Positions 26,912-36,663 of a stretch of DNA of 64,000 bases are shown here, piece after piece. The notes beneath the pieces were generated by a model. That model ran no database searches. It saw only the letters and a list, made by a program, of their open reading frames with translations, and was not told the origin of the DNA. Origin of the DNA: Promethearchaeota archaeon (lineage in GTDB: Archaea; Asgardarchaeota; Lokiarchaeia; Sigyniarchaeales; SOKP01); the NCBI GenBank assembly GCA_011364925.1, contig RDOA01000003.1, positions 1-64,000 of the forward strand, in the 5' to 3' direction. How positions within the stretch are numbered: the stretch's first letter is position 1; every line of letters starts with the position of its first letter. The position numbers and the translations under genes were made by a program.

Positions 26912-29065
26912 ATGATTGAATTAGAAAAGAGAGCTTACTTACGGGAGAAGCACTTAGAACATAGAGAGTATCAATTAAAAATTGCAAAAGAGTGCGTATC
27001 AAAAAATTCGCTTGTTGTTCTTCCTACTGGTTTAGGCAAGACGGTTATCGGTGTGTATGTCGCTGCGGAAACTTTAGAAAAATTCCCTTCTAAAAGTAAA
27101 ATACTCGTTTTAGCTCCGACCAGACCATTGATCAACCAACATTACGACTCTTTTAAAAATTTAATGACAATACCCGAAGACCAATTTTTAGTGTTAACCG
27201 GAAAAACCGTTCCTGAAAAGAGAGTAGAGTTGTTCCAAGAAAACCAAATAATATTTTACACACCCCAAACATTACGAAACGATTTAGTGAATAAAAAGTA
27301 CAATTTAGAAGACGTTTGTTTGATAATTTTCGACGAGGCTCATCATGCTACAGGTGATTACGCGTATACTCTGATCGCGGATGAGTATGTTGATCAAAAT
27401 CCAGACGGAACAATCTTAGGCTTGACTGCAAGCCCTGGAGCATCGAAAGAAAAGATTAAAATTTTGTGCAATAACTTACACATTCCGCTCACCAACATCC
27501 ATACCCGCACGAGAAAAGACATCGATGTAAAAACTTATTTGAAACCTATGGATGTCTACAAAATCGGCGTTAATCTTACCGAGCTTATGAGAGACGCTTA
27601 CTTAGCAATTCAAACTTTGCTAGAAGAACGATTGCAGTATCTTTCTCAACTAGGCTTTTTAACAACGAAAGCTAGTGAGCTACATACAAAAGTTATTCGA
27701 AAGGATTTAATCGCGTTAAACACAGAATTAATTCGATTAGTGAAAGGAGATGGGGATAAAACAGGAGTTTACAGCGCGTTATCTGTAAATGCTCAAGCTT
27801 TAATCTTGTATCACATGCTTGAGTTGATCGAACAACAAGGATTAGATGTATTACTGATCTATTTAATGAAATTAAAGCAGGACGCTCGAAAAAAGACTAG
27901 TTCTAAAGCAGTTAAAATTCTAGCTTCAGACCATAGAGTTAATCAAATTTACATTGAATTGAAGAAAAATGAAGATCTCTCTCCTAAACAATTGATCCAC
28001 CCCAAGTTTTACATTCTTGAAAAATTGCTCTTACAAGAGTTCAAAAACAACCCAGATTCAAGGATATTAGTTTTTGTAAAGTTGCGCGATTCGGTTAAAA
28101 ATATTGTAAACAAATTAAAGTTAAGCAATCATGAGACCATTAAGCCAACGAGGTTCGTAGGACAATCAACCAAATCGAAGGATGATAAAGGATTACCCCA
28201 GAAAAAGCAATTAGAGATATTGGAACAGTTCAAACAAGGACATTGCAATATATTGGTAAGTACTAATGTAGGAGAGGAAGGTCTGGATATAGCAGAATGC
28301 GATTTAGTTATTTTTTACGATGTTGTTGCCTCCGAAATTAGGTTTATCCAGAGAAAGGGAAGAACTGCTCGCCATCGTGAAGGGAAAGTTATTATACTGT
28401 ATTGTAAGGCAACGCACGATGAGATCTACATGAACATCGCTTTAAGTAGATTAAAGAAAATGAATATCAACCTTAAGAGCGATCAACAGTTAAAAACAGC
28501 TTATACAAGAAGTCCAAAAGAAATGAAAATTGAAGAAAGCAGTATAGAAGATTCTAAATATGAACTTCCAAAGATGGCTAAATCTCATCAGAAGCAAGGA
28601 AATTTGGAATCGTTTTTAGGTGAATCAGTCAGTCCACTCGATGTGAAGGATAATAGTCAAAAAGCGACCGAAATCAGGATAAGTCAATCTCTTCCGGTAA
28701 AATTCGGAATAAGAAAAAAACTGCAAGAAGATAACATTCCTTTCGACGTTGTAAAGTCAATCAACCATATAACATTATTCGACCGAATCATAATCCAAGT
28801 TGTAGATCCACGCCAATTCGAAGAAGGAAAGTTGATGAGAAAGATTTCTCATTTAAATAAAAAATACCCTCTTTTTATTTCGATATTTGATTTTGTGAAC
28901 TTTTCTAACGATTATCAAGACGAAGAACGGCTTCTCAAACAAAAAGTAAAGAATTGGGGTTCAATTAGCGGTTTAAAAGCGATTCCGATCGACCTTCCCG
29001 AAGAATTATATTTCATCGTTAAAAATGTATATTTACACTCAACTGTAGAACATGAGGTTTCGTAA
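26912..29065 (+). CDS. hef: Hef/FANCM-like SF2 helicase with a degenerate C-terminal nuclease-like region
   Basis: REYQ, LPTGLGKT, APTRPL, DEAHH, GLTASPG, EEGLDI, QRKGRTAR; no ERKxxxD motif in the C-terminus. Confidence 0.88.
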   Translation: MIELEKRAYLREKHLEHREYQLKIAKECVSKNSLVVLPTGLGKTVIGVYVAAETLEKFPSKSKILVLAPTRPLINQHYDSFKNLMTIPEDQFLVLTGKTVPEKRVELFQENQIIFYTPQTLRNDLVNKKYNLEDVCLIIFDEAHHATGDYAYTLIADEYVDQNPDGTILGLTASPGASKEKIKILCNNLHIPLTNIHTRTRKDIDVKTYLKPMDVYKIGVNLTELMRDAYLAIQTLLEERLQYLSQLGFLTTKASELHTKVIRKDLIALNTELIRLVKGDGDKTGVYSALSVNAQALILYHMLELIEQQGLDVLLIYLMKLKQDARKKTSSKAVKILASDHRVNQIYIELKKNEDLSPKQLIHPKFYILEKLLLQEFKNNPDSRILVFVKLRDSVKNIVNKLKLSNHETIKPTRFVGQSTKSKDDKGLPQKKQLEILEQFKQGHCNILVSTNVGEEGLDIAECDLVIFYDVVASEIRFIQRKGRTARHREGKVIILYCKATHDEIYMNIALSRLKKMNINLKSDQQLKTAYTRSPKEMKIEESSIEDSKYELPKMAKSHQKQGNLESFLGESVSPLDVKDNSQKATEIRISQSLPVKFGIRKKLQEDNIPFDVVKSINHITLFDRIIIQVVDPRQFEEGKLMRKISHLNKKYPLFISIFDFVNFSNDYQDEERLLKQKVKNWGSISGLKAIPIDLPEELYFIVKNVYLHSTVEHEVS

Positions 29066-29599
29066 ATGGAAGAAAATGCTTTTAAGAAAGATATAACACC
29101 GTATTTGATATTCGCGTGTAAAAGATGCCAGCAATATTCTTACGTTAAAACAACTCAAAAAACAAAAAAGTGTCTTAGGTGTGGGCATTCATACCAAGTA
29201 AAAGAACTGCTTAAAGAAGGCGAAATAGTGAGCGGCATATCAAATGCTGTCGATGCGGTGACTAGGAAACAAAACGAGCTCTCGGTTCCCGAGTTTAGGT
29301 CTCAAGGTGATTTTGTAATTAACACTAGCGATAAAATTCCAAAAAAACAAACCTTGCTTTATCTTCCGAAGGGAGATTTCAAAAAAAGGAATGAAGCTGA
29401 CGTGAAATTTAAAGCTCTCCTATACAATCTTTCAAATCTTTATGGAAAATTTCCAAGATATATGATTGAAATTATGGCAGAAAATAGCGGAATCTCAGGT
29501 GAAGAGATACCGCGCCTAATTGAAATCTTTGAAAAGCAGGGAATTCTCGTCCAATTAAAAGATGATGGTTTCTATTACCAAATTTCTCGCGAACATTAG
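29066..29599 (+). CDS. DUF1922-like Zn-ribbon protein with a C-terminal winged-helix-like region
   Basis: YLIFACKRC...KTKKCLRCG; abuts hef. Confidence 0.7.
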   Translation: MEENAFKKDITPYLIFACKRCQQYSYVKTTQKTKKCLRCGHSYQVKELLKEGEIVSGISNAVDAVTRKQNELSVPEFRSQGDFVINTSDKIPKKQTLLYLPKGDFKKRNEADVKFKALLYNLSNLYGKFPRYMIEIMAENSGISGEEIPRLIEIFEKQGILVQLKDDGFYYQISREH

Positions 29600-29605
29600 C
29601 AAAAT

Positions 29606-29854
29606 TTATTCTAGTTTACGAACTGATTGTATTACCTTGGCAAATTCTTCTCTCATTATACTCTTATAGAGTGGATCCCGTTTTTCGAAAGGAATTTCCT
29701 CGTAGCCAGAATAGATATTTGGTGGATTTGTCGTTTTTAATAGTTCTGAAAATGGAATCAGCATTTCAGTAAGCGCTTGCTCCATATTTTCATAATCGGA
29801 TATCTCAATAATTAAGGGTTCGTGTTTCTTATTCTTTTCAACTTCAAGACCCAT
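29606..29854 (-). CDS. hypothetical protein
   Basis: 82 aa with AGGT upstream and a T-rich TATA promoter. Confidence 0.6.
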   Translation of the reverse strand: MGLEVEKNKKHEPLIIEISDYENMEQALTEMLIPFSELLKTTNPPNIYSGYEEIPFEKRDPLYKSIMREEFAKVIQSVRKLE

Positions 29855-29965
29855 CCTATATACCTTTTTCTCAGTTCTAAATCCTAAATATAACGGTTCT
29901 ATATAAAGAACAAATTGTTTGTTAAAACAAAAAAGAGATTTATTGCTTTCCTTTGTCTTAAAGGA

Positions 29966-30544
29966 TTATCTAGCAACTACTTCCTTAGTCAGATCAGAGT
30001 AAATTGAGCTCCATATTTTATGAGTAGGTTGCTTATATCCATGAGTTGGGCAAGATAATGTAAGCAAGGTCCAAGGTCCTGAGATTTTCACAAAATCTAC
30101 AGTAGCCTTTTGCCCGCATTTAACACACCGGAACACCGCATCTCGAAAGTAGGGAATAGATTGATTTTTTAACCTCAGAGGAATTCTTAGAATTCTCACC
30201 TTGTTAGGAGGACAGCTCTCTTTAACTAGAACATGATCTTTAACGAGTTTTATTAGCTTTATAGCACTTTTAGTTCCACTAACAGGGCATTCGAACATTT
30301 TAATTAAATCTGTTTCAGACATTGAGCTTAAATTCTTTTGCCGTTCGCTTTTTACAAAGTATGAGATTATAAAGTAAATCATGAGGAAGATTCCAAAGCC
30401 TAAACTCAGAAAAGATGCTAAAACACTCTTTTTTGTAGAGTCGTGAGCTACCCACTCAGAGTTAATCAATACGAAAAAAAGCCAAATAAAAAATCCGCCA
30501 AGTGCCAGAAACAGAATTAAAACAAATTCTTTACCATATTTCAT
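29966..30544 (-). CDS. 2-TM protein with cytoplasmic Cys/His Zn-binding repeats
   Basis: FECPVSG...SCPP; FRCVKCG...SCPTHG. Confidence 0.7.
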   Translation of the reverse strand: MKYGKEFVLILFLALGGFFIWLFFVLINSEWVAHDSTKKSVLASFLSLGFGIFLMIYFIISYFVKSERQKNLSSMSETDLIKMFECPVSGTKSAIKLIKLVKDHVLVKESCPPNKVRILRIPLRLKNQSIPYFRDAVFRCVKCGQKATVDFVKISGPWTLLTLSCPTHGYKQPTHKIWSSIYSDLTKEVVAR

Positions 30545-30670
30545 TCGTAATCAGCTCAATTTTACTTTTCGTAAACACTAAGATTTCGTATAATAATACT
30601 TTTGTCAACATAATATTTAAACAATTTCTTAAATAATGAAATTGGAAATCAATATTTCTCGAATTGTTCT

Positions 30671-30955
30671 TTACTCAGAGTATTCTTTGTTCACTTCTTC
30701 AAGAAAAAGTTTTATAAAATACCGTTGTCGCTTAAGATAATCCTTGATTCGGTCTGATTTTAGGTCAGGTTGGTTTTTGATTATTTTTTGGATGTACTCA
30801 AGCGCTTCTAATGTCTGTTCTTTCGTCTTTTCAAACTCTTTAATGATGTAGTTATCTTGTTCGTCATTCAATCCTTTAAAAACGAGAAATTCCTTTATCT
30901 TAATTTTCTTTCTGCTGTGTAAGTCAAACGGATCTTGATGTTCTTTAGAATCCAT
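30671..30955 (-). CDS. hypothetical helical protein
   Basis: 94 aa; TTTTCC+TATA motif at 31002-31015, 54 nt upstream. Confidence 0.65.
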   Translation of the reverse strand: MDSKEHQDPFDLHSRKKIKIKEFLVFKGLNDEQDNYIIKEFEKTKEQTLEALEYIQKIIKNQPDLKSDRIKDYLKRQRYFIKLFLEEVNKEYSE

Positions 30956-31093
30956 CGTATTTTCTGGTTTTATTTAGGATAGATCACATAGATTTCAAAT
31001 GCTTAAAAAGGAAAAATTATGTTATCCAATGCAGTTGGTATCATTGAGATCACATTTCATTTTATATATTTAAAAAATCCGGTTAAGATTGTT

Positions 31094-31498
31094 ATGCCAG
31101 AAGTTGATTTCTTACTTGATTTCTTTGTTTTAGCAGATGGCGGCAAAGTTATATTTAGCCATTGTTCTTTGCTGCAATGTGATGAAACGCTTATTGGTGC
31201 GTACTTTCACGCCATAAATTCCATCTACAGAATTTGCTTTAAGCGAGATATGCAAAAAGTATCCTTGAACGAATATCGCTTGCATTTTAAGAAACTTGAA
31301 CCGTTCTTCTTCATCGGGATTTCAACCATTCATGTCAAGACTAAGACGGCAAACGAGAACTTTGAGATTCTGTCAAACCTCTTTTACGATAGATACCATA
31401 ATAAACTTACTAAAAATTGGGAAAGCGATGTGGCACTATTTCAAAACTTTAATTCCGAAGTAGACAAGCGCGTTAAGGAGATTGAACTTTCAAAGTAA
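31094..31498 (+). CDS. longin-like domain protein (eukaryotic-signature type)
   Basis: FFVLADGGKVIFSH...LIGAYFHAI...FFFIGIS...FYDRY...W..DVALF pattern; start likely ATG 31094. Confidence 0.6.
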   Translation: MPEVDFLLDFFVLADGGKVIFSHCSLLQCDETLIGAYFHAINSIYRICFKRDMQKVSLNEYRLHFKKLEPFFFIGISTIHVKTKTANENFEILSNLFYDRYHNKLTKNWESDVALFQNFNSEVDKRVKEIELSK

Positions 31499-31525
31499 GT
31501 CAAACCCGAGTTGAAGATTGATTTT

Positions 31526-34045
31526 TTAATCTCCTTTGATAATCTTTTTACACAGATTAATTCCCAAACCAGTTTTTCGATCTAGAACATAGGGATTTTG
31601 CTTCTTTACTTGGGTCGCAGTGTGGAATCCCGCATTATACAGGATCCTTGCCCTAACTCTCGCTACATTATCCAACCTTAATATTAAATCAAACAATTCC
31701 TCGTGGATGCCATAATGAATTCTGATTTTAAGCGTTTCTACCATTTCAGCGATCCTTGTCATGTCTTCTTGTATTGTTAAATCTGATTCGCTTAAATGAA
31801 CTGCGATTATGCCGATAAACGTTATTATCCTTTCTATGTTGTCTTTTGTAGTGTAGAGGTCCCCAGTCATAATGTTATGGCGCTCCATTATACTGTCGAG
31901 AGACTCTTCGTCGCACCATTCCAGAATAGGTTGGAGGAGTCTGTAATCGCGCACTTTTTGTTCTGCTTTTAATACTTCATAAGCTTCTTTTACAATATCT
32001 TGGAATGTGTCTAACACAGCGTTTTCAAGTTTATATCTAATGAGCACGCCAGAAACGGGATAAAGGTACAACCTTATTATCAATTTCCCGAACTGTGAAC
32101 ACTTAATAGTCCCGTTATCCCTCAATGTAATTAAGCCTTTTTCAAACAAGTAATTTAACACATATTGGTTCTTAACTGACTTAGGAACGATATCAATCAC
32201 GTACTTTTGAAAATTGTTATCAGGAACATTTATTAAATGCAGTAAAAATGCTGTAATGTGATCGCAGAACTCAAACATAAATTGTTCGTTAGCGTAGTCG
32301 TTAGATATACCGTTTTGAAATCCGCACGAACATCGGATGCCAACATCCGTGTCGAATTCGGTATAAAATAATCCGAAATTGGTCCTTACATATCCTGATA
32401 TATTTGATTTAGATAGCTTTGTAATTTTTATCTGGTGGTGATTGCTTTTTAATTGTTGAACTTTTTGAGGATCGGAATGGAGTTTTAAAATATTAATTGG
32501 AGTGATTTCTTTAATCATAAGCAATTCGTCGATCGGAATCCCTTGTTGACCCATTTTATCTTTTATTCCGTACCAAAAGTAAGTTTTTTGGAAAAACGCA
32601 TTCAATTTCTCCAGATTGATATTTTTTTCTTCGTAAATTCGAAGGAGCACTTGTTCTTTTAATGTGTGTATCCGATTTAGCCCCGAAATTAGATCGTTAT
32701 ACTTAGGTTTATAGGTTCGCGATTGTGAAACGATTTGGAAGTAATGGTCTTCTACCCAATCTTTCTCGTCTATATCGTTTACCAACAAGTAACCAAATCC
32801 TTCATTATCTAAACCGGGTCGACCGGCTCGACCAAGCATTTGAAATATTGCATTAGCAGAAAAAGGTATGAAATAGGAAAATCCATCTCCGTTCTCGTAA
32901 TAACCAGAGAAATTTTTTATGTTGTGCCCAGAGGTAACATATTTCTTAAAGTCTTTGACTATAACTACTCGGCTAGGGAGGTTTACCCCAGCGCTTAAGG
33001 TGGTTGTAGAGCAGATGACTTTAATAATACGTTTACGATACGCATCTTCTATTAATTTTCTCTCTCGTGGAAGTAAGCCCGCATGGTGGAAAGCAACGCC
33101 GAATTTTACGAGTTTTTTAAGTTCAGAGTGTCTTCCTTTAATATTACTTAGTCTATTTTCGACCCTTTTACAAGCTTTAAGTTCAGATTCGGAGATATGA
33201 GATTTAACCAAATTTTTAAGGTTTGCTGCCATCTGATGCGTTGATTTTCTTTTATTTAAAAAGATTAATATTTGACCTCCGTTATCTAAAGTAGCTTTGG
33301 TTATTTTTTTTATTGTGGAATCTTTATTTTGGGTCGTCTCAATTCTGTATTGGAGAGGAACAGGTCGATCATCTGATGTGATGAGCGTTGTTTTATTTCC
33401 AAGAGAAGATAGCCATTCGTTAAAAAATTCAGGATTTGCTATCGTTGCTGAAAGTCCTATAATCTGAGGATTGTTCAAAAACTCGTTTAACCTTACGATT
33501 AACGACTCTAGTCGGGGTCCTCGAGATCCACTGGCGTCGCCAAGGATGTGAATCTCATCAATAATGATTGTTGAAATGTTAAAAATCCATTCTTGATCGC
33601 TAAAATTTCGTAATATTGAATCCATTTTTTCGTACGTAGTTACTAAAACATCCACATTCGCAAGTCTTGAATCGTCTATATCGTAATCTCCAATAGACAA
33701 CTCGATTTTAATCCCAAATCTGTCGTAACTTTTTTTAAAGTGTACATATTTTTCAGTTGCTAACGCTTTGAACGGAACAAGATAAATACTTTTACCGAAT
33801 TTTTGAAAAACATTATTTACTGCGCAAATCTCACCTATAAGAGTTTTACCGGATCCTGAAGGAGCGCAAACCAAAAAAGACTTTTGGAAAAATATGCCTT
33901 TTCTAATAGCTTCTTTCTGAATGTCACGTAACTTAAATATCTTTAACTCGAGAAGAACTCTTAATATCCTCTCGTCAGTAACGTATTGAAAAATCTCATC
34001 TGTTCTCTTTTTTTCTTTGGTCGGTTCCGAGTCGGTAAATTTCAT
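31526..34045 (-). CDS. Hel308/Ski2-like helicase with an inserted SWIM zinc finger
   Basis: APSGSGKT, PFKALA, DEIH, LSAT, FHHAGL, TLSAGVNLP, QMLGRAGR; insert CSC..(21)..CDH. Confidence 0.88.
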   Translation of the reverse strand: MKFTDSEPTKEKKRTDEIFQYVTDERILRVLLELKIFKLRDIQKEAIRKGIFFQKSFLVCAPSGSGKTLIGEICAVNNVFQKFGKSIYLVPFKALATEKYVHFKKSYDRFGIKIELSIGDYDIDDSRLANVDVLVTTYEKMDSILRNFSDQEWIFNISTIIIDEIHILGDASGSRGPRLESLIVRLNEFLNNPQIIGLSATIANPEFFNEWLSSLGNKTTLITSDDRPVPLQYRIETTQNKDSTIKKITKATLDNGGQILIFLNKRKSTHQMAANLKNLVKSHISESELKACKRVENRLSNIKGRHSELKKLVKFGVAFHHAGLLPRERKLIEDAYRKRIIKVICSTTTLSAGVNLPSRVVIVKDFKKYVTSGHNIKNFSGYYENGDGFSYFIPFSANAIFQMLGRAGRPGLDNEGFGYLLVNDIDEKDWVEDHYFQIVSQSRTYKPKYNDLISGLNRIHTLKEQVLLRIYEEKNINLEKLNAFFQKTYFWYGIKDKMGQQGIPIDELLMIKEITPINILKLHSDPQKVQQLKSNHHQIKITKLSKSNISGYVRTNFGLFYTEFDTDVGIRCSCGFQNGISNDYANEQFMFEFCDHITAFLLHLINVPDNNFQKYVIDIVPKSVKNQYVLNYLFEKGLITLRDNGTIKCSQFGKLIIRLYLYPVSGVLIRYKLENAVLDTFQDIVKEAYEVLKAEQKVRDYRLLQPILEWCDEESLDSIMERHNIMTGDLYTTKDNIERIITFIGIIAVHLSESDLTIQEDMTRIAEMVETLKIRIHYGIHEELFDLILRLDNVARVRARILYNAGFHTATQVKKQNPYVLDRKTGLGINLCKKIIKGD

Positions 34046-34106
34046 TAACGAGATTTACAATCACCAAGATCTATTACATGTTCTTAACTTATCTCCAAAT
34101 TTAAAG

Positions 34107-34214
34107 AAAAAAAAAAAGTGTTCGTGCCAAAGTACAAGCCCATCTAATAAGGATTAGAGATACAGATGTTTATGACATTTTGGGCTAAAATTTGACAAGA
34201 ACAATCTAGGGTGT
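34107..34214 (-). ncRNA. candidate structured ncRNA or leader (three-way junction) with its own TATA box and U11 tail
   Basis: Nested stems 34203-34191/34131-34119 and 34186-34181/34142-34137 enclose two hairpins. A G-U pair favours the minus strand. Confidence 0.5.
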
Positions 34215-34296
34215 ATCTAATATTTAATACAGAGAATCTATATAAACAAAAATTTTATCTGAACTTGTCTAATTTGTCTAAAATGGAAAAATCTCT

Positions 34297-34749
34297 CTAT
34301 ATATGTATTAATAGAATGAATTGAAAATTTCTATTTATTTTCACGATATGATATGGTTGAGTTAAAGCCATTGTCACGCAATCAAATGGCGAGGGACTTG
34401 TTTCTCTTATGTATACCCATCTAAACAACCCACTTTCTCTAGTACTAGTAATTTCAATACGATAACCTCCAGTAACACGTTCTCCCATAAAAACGGCAAT
34501 AACTAGATGAGAATTGAAATTAACATATGGAGGTTCCGAAGAAGACGAATGAACTTTTTGCCATAATTCTTCCCATTCTTGTTGTGTTTGAATGATGTAA
34601 TCGCATCTTTCACGATGAGCACCAAAATATCCTAGTTCAATAGTTTCAAAATTTAAATTAGCTTTAGTAAAGGGTAAAAAAGCAACTAATATACTGAACG
34701 AGGTGATTAAAGAAACTAAAATGTAATTATAGTAAAGCGATTTCATCAT
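34297..34749 (-). CDS. PrcB C-terminal domain secreted protein
   Basis: Signal peptide; PYVNF...VIAVFMGERVTGGYRIEI...ALTQPYHIV. Confidence 0.8.
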   Translation of the reverse strand: MMKSLYYNYILVSLITSFSILVAFLPFTKANLNFETIELGYFGAHRERCDYIIQTQQEWEELWQKVHSSSSEPPYVNFNSHLVIAVFMGERVTGGYRIEITSTRESGLFRWVYIRETSPSPFDCVTMALTQPYHIVKINRNFQFILLIHI

Positions 34750-34819
34750 GATTTATACATTCATGTAAACTTAAATTTTTTTGTTTAAATATAAAGGCTA
34801 CATGTGATCTTCGATCCCT

Positions 34820-36538
34820 ATGACAAATGTGTTTGAAAATGCTCAGAGATTAGATGCCGAAGAACTCAAGGAAAAACCACTAAAATCGGATTTAACGGAA
34901 GATTTAACTATAATTAATGGAATTGGTCCCAGTACCGCTTCAAAGTTAAATAAAGCTAATATCAACACGATCAAACAGCTTGCAGATATTACGCCGAGTG
35001 AGCTTTCAGTAATTTCTGGGGTTAGCATCAATGCAGCACAAAAATTCATATCTGAAGCCAAAAACCTTCTTCCTGGATACGATTTTGAAACATTCGATGT
35101 TGCAGAGATATATTTTGAAGAGAAATTCCTACAAGAAGATAGTAATGGAGACTCAGAAATGTTCACATCTTCTCAACAAGAGGATCCCTCAATTTCAGAA
35201 AATCAATCGCAAGAGCATGAGTTAGTGATCGAGCAAATCCAAGATCGATCTCAGGAACAAATGGAAAATACATTCAATGAAGAATCTTTTATGGTTGAAG
35301 AACCTATATTCTTAGAAGAAGACTCTCGTGAAGAAACTCCGCTTGTTCCTGAGATACATGAAATGCAGGAGATTGAAACTATTCCGGAAGCATTCGAATC
35401 ATCAACAGAATTAGATATATTTGAGAATATGGTCGAACAATCGTTGAGAGCATCAGGATACTATATAATTCCAAATTCAATTAACTCATTAAACTCTATT
35501 ATGGATAATATTGACTATCTTGGATGTAAAGTTGTTCGCGTTTCGAGAAGTATCAACCACATTATCATAATTCCAATTAAGCTTTTAGATGTGGAAGAGA
35601 CCGTTTTAGTTAATGAATCGCAACTAAATTCTACTAATGTCGATTCTAGGAATAGGATACGACATTGTTATAAAGATTTATTAAAAACTGGAGATTTAAT
35701 ATTCGATGATATTTTGAACGACAATAAGCTCCGGGAATTCTTTCAAAAATATTTGCAGGTGAACTTAATACTTGAAAAAAGCGTAGAAAACAAAAAATTA
35801 TTTTTCATATCTGGTCAAACTCAGTATAAGATATTAATCGAACCAATTCTGGTCTGTAGAACGCCCCCAAGATGCATGGAAAAATCCATTTTGTTTCCAT
35901 ATCAAAGAAATACCAATGTTCATGTCGTGCAACACTCTTATTTATCCCAACTATTAGATTTTATAGAGCAAAAATACGGTTTTATCGAAACTCGCGGAAA
36001 AAGTTCGAATCCTGTCGAGGATTACCAGAAAAAAGACCATAAATTTCGAACAAACGTACGAGTCATTTCAATTCCGGTAATAGGCTATGCTATTGCGTTA
36101 GCAGTTATTTATTTCGCGGAACTCTATTTCTTGCTTAGGCTATTTAATAGTATTGGGTTTGCTATCGTAGGGATTTATCTCACAATGTTAAGCTACTTAT
36201 ACTCCAAGTCTTATAAAGCGAAAAAACAACTCGCCCTCGAATTTGAAACGCCGTATTACCTGCAAAATTTAGAATTTAGCGAAGCTGATTTATTAGAGTT
36301 TAAAGATATGTTCTCTACTGAGCTTTTAACGCAATTTGGGTACGAATGTTTTGGAAAAGAGAAGAGGTTCAAAGTTTTAGATAAGGTTGAGCAAGAAGAT
36401 TATATGAACAGCCTTCAGAAACATAAAAAAGAAGATATGTCTCATATCGTACACGAATCGAATAAAACTAATAAAAATTTTTTAACAGACGAAAATCCCG
36501 CTTATAACAGTAAGTATCTCTCATTCTTAGAAGATTAG
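34820..36538 (+). CDS. membrane-anchored helix-hairpin-helix protein
   Basis: DLTIINGIGPSTASKLNKANINTIKQLA (Rad51-N-like HhH), acidic linker, globular domain, two TMs. Confidence 0.75.
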   Translation: MTNVFENAQRLDAEELKEKPLKSDLTEDLTIINGIGPSTASKLNKANINTIKQLADITPSELSVISGVSINAAQKFISEAKNLLPGYDFETFDVAEIYFEEKFLQEDSNGDSEMFTSSQQEDPSISENQSQEHELVIEQIQDRSQEQMENTFNEESFMVEEPIFLEEDSREETPLVPEIHEMQEIETIPEAFESSTELDIFENMVEQSLRASGYYIIPNSINSLNSIMDNIDYLGCKVVRVSRSINHIIIIPIKLLDVEETVLVNESQLNSTNVDSRNRIRHCYKDLLKTGDLIFDDILNDNKLREFFQKYLQVNLILEKSVENKKLFFISGQTQYKILIEPILVCRTPPRCMEKSILFPYQRNTNVHVVQHSYLSQLLDFIEQKYGFIETRGKSSNPVEDYQKKDHKFRTNVRVISIPVIGYAIALAVIYFAELYFLLRLFNSIGFAIVGIYLTMLSYLYSKSYKAKKQLALEFETPYYLQNLEFSEADLLEFKDMFSTELLTQFGYECFGKEKRFKVLDKVEQEDYMNSLQKHKKEDMSHIVHESNKTNKNFLTDENPAYNSKYLSFLED

Positions 36539-36663
36539 CATCTCAATTTAATTTAAAATTAATTATTCATACTTATTTTTACTTAGGACTCCTTATTATT
36601 ATAATAATGAATAAATAAATTTCTAATACTACAAAAAAGACAATCGTTAAAATAATTAAACAG

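Noticed and set aside
34107-34214. Structured RNA as tRNA, hammerhead or purine riboswitch
   Set aside because: It has no TTCRA T-loop or cloverleaf, no CUGAUGA/GAAA core and no purine-aptamer junction consensus.
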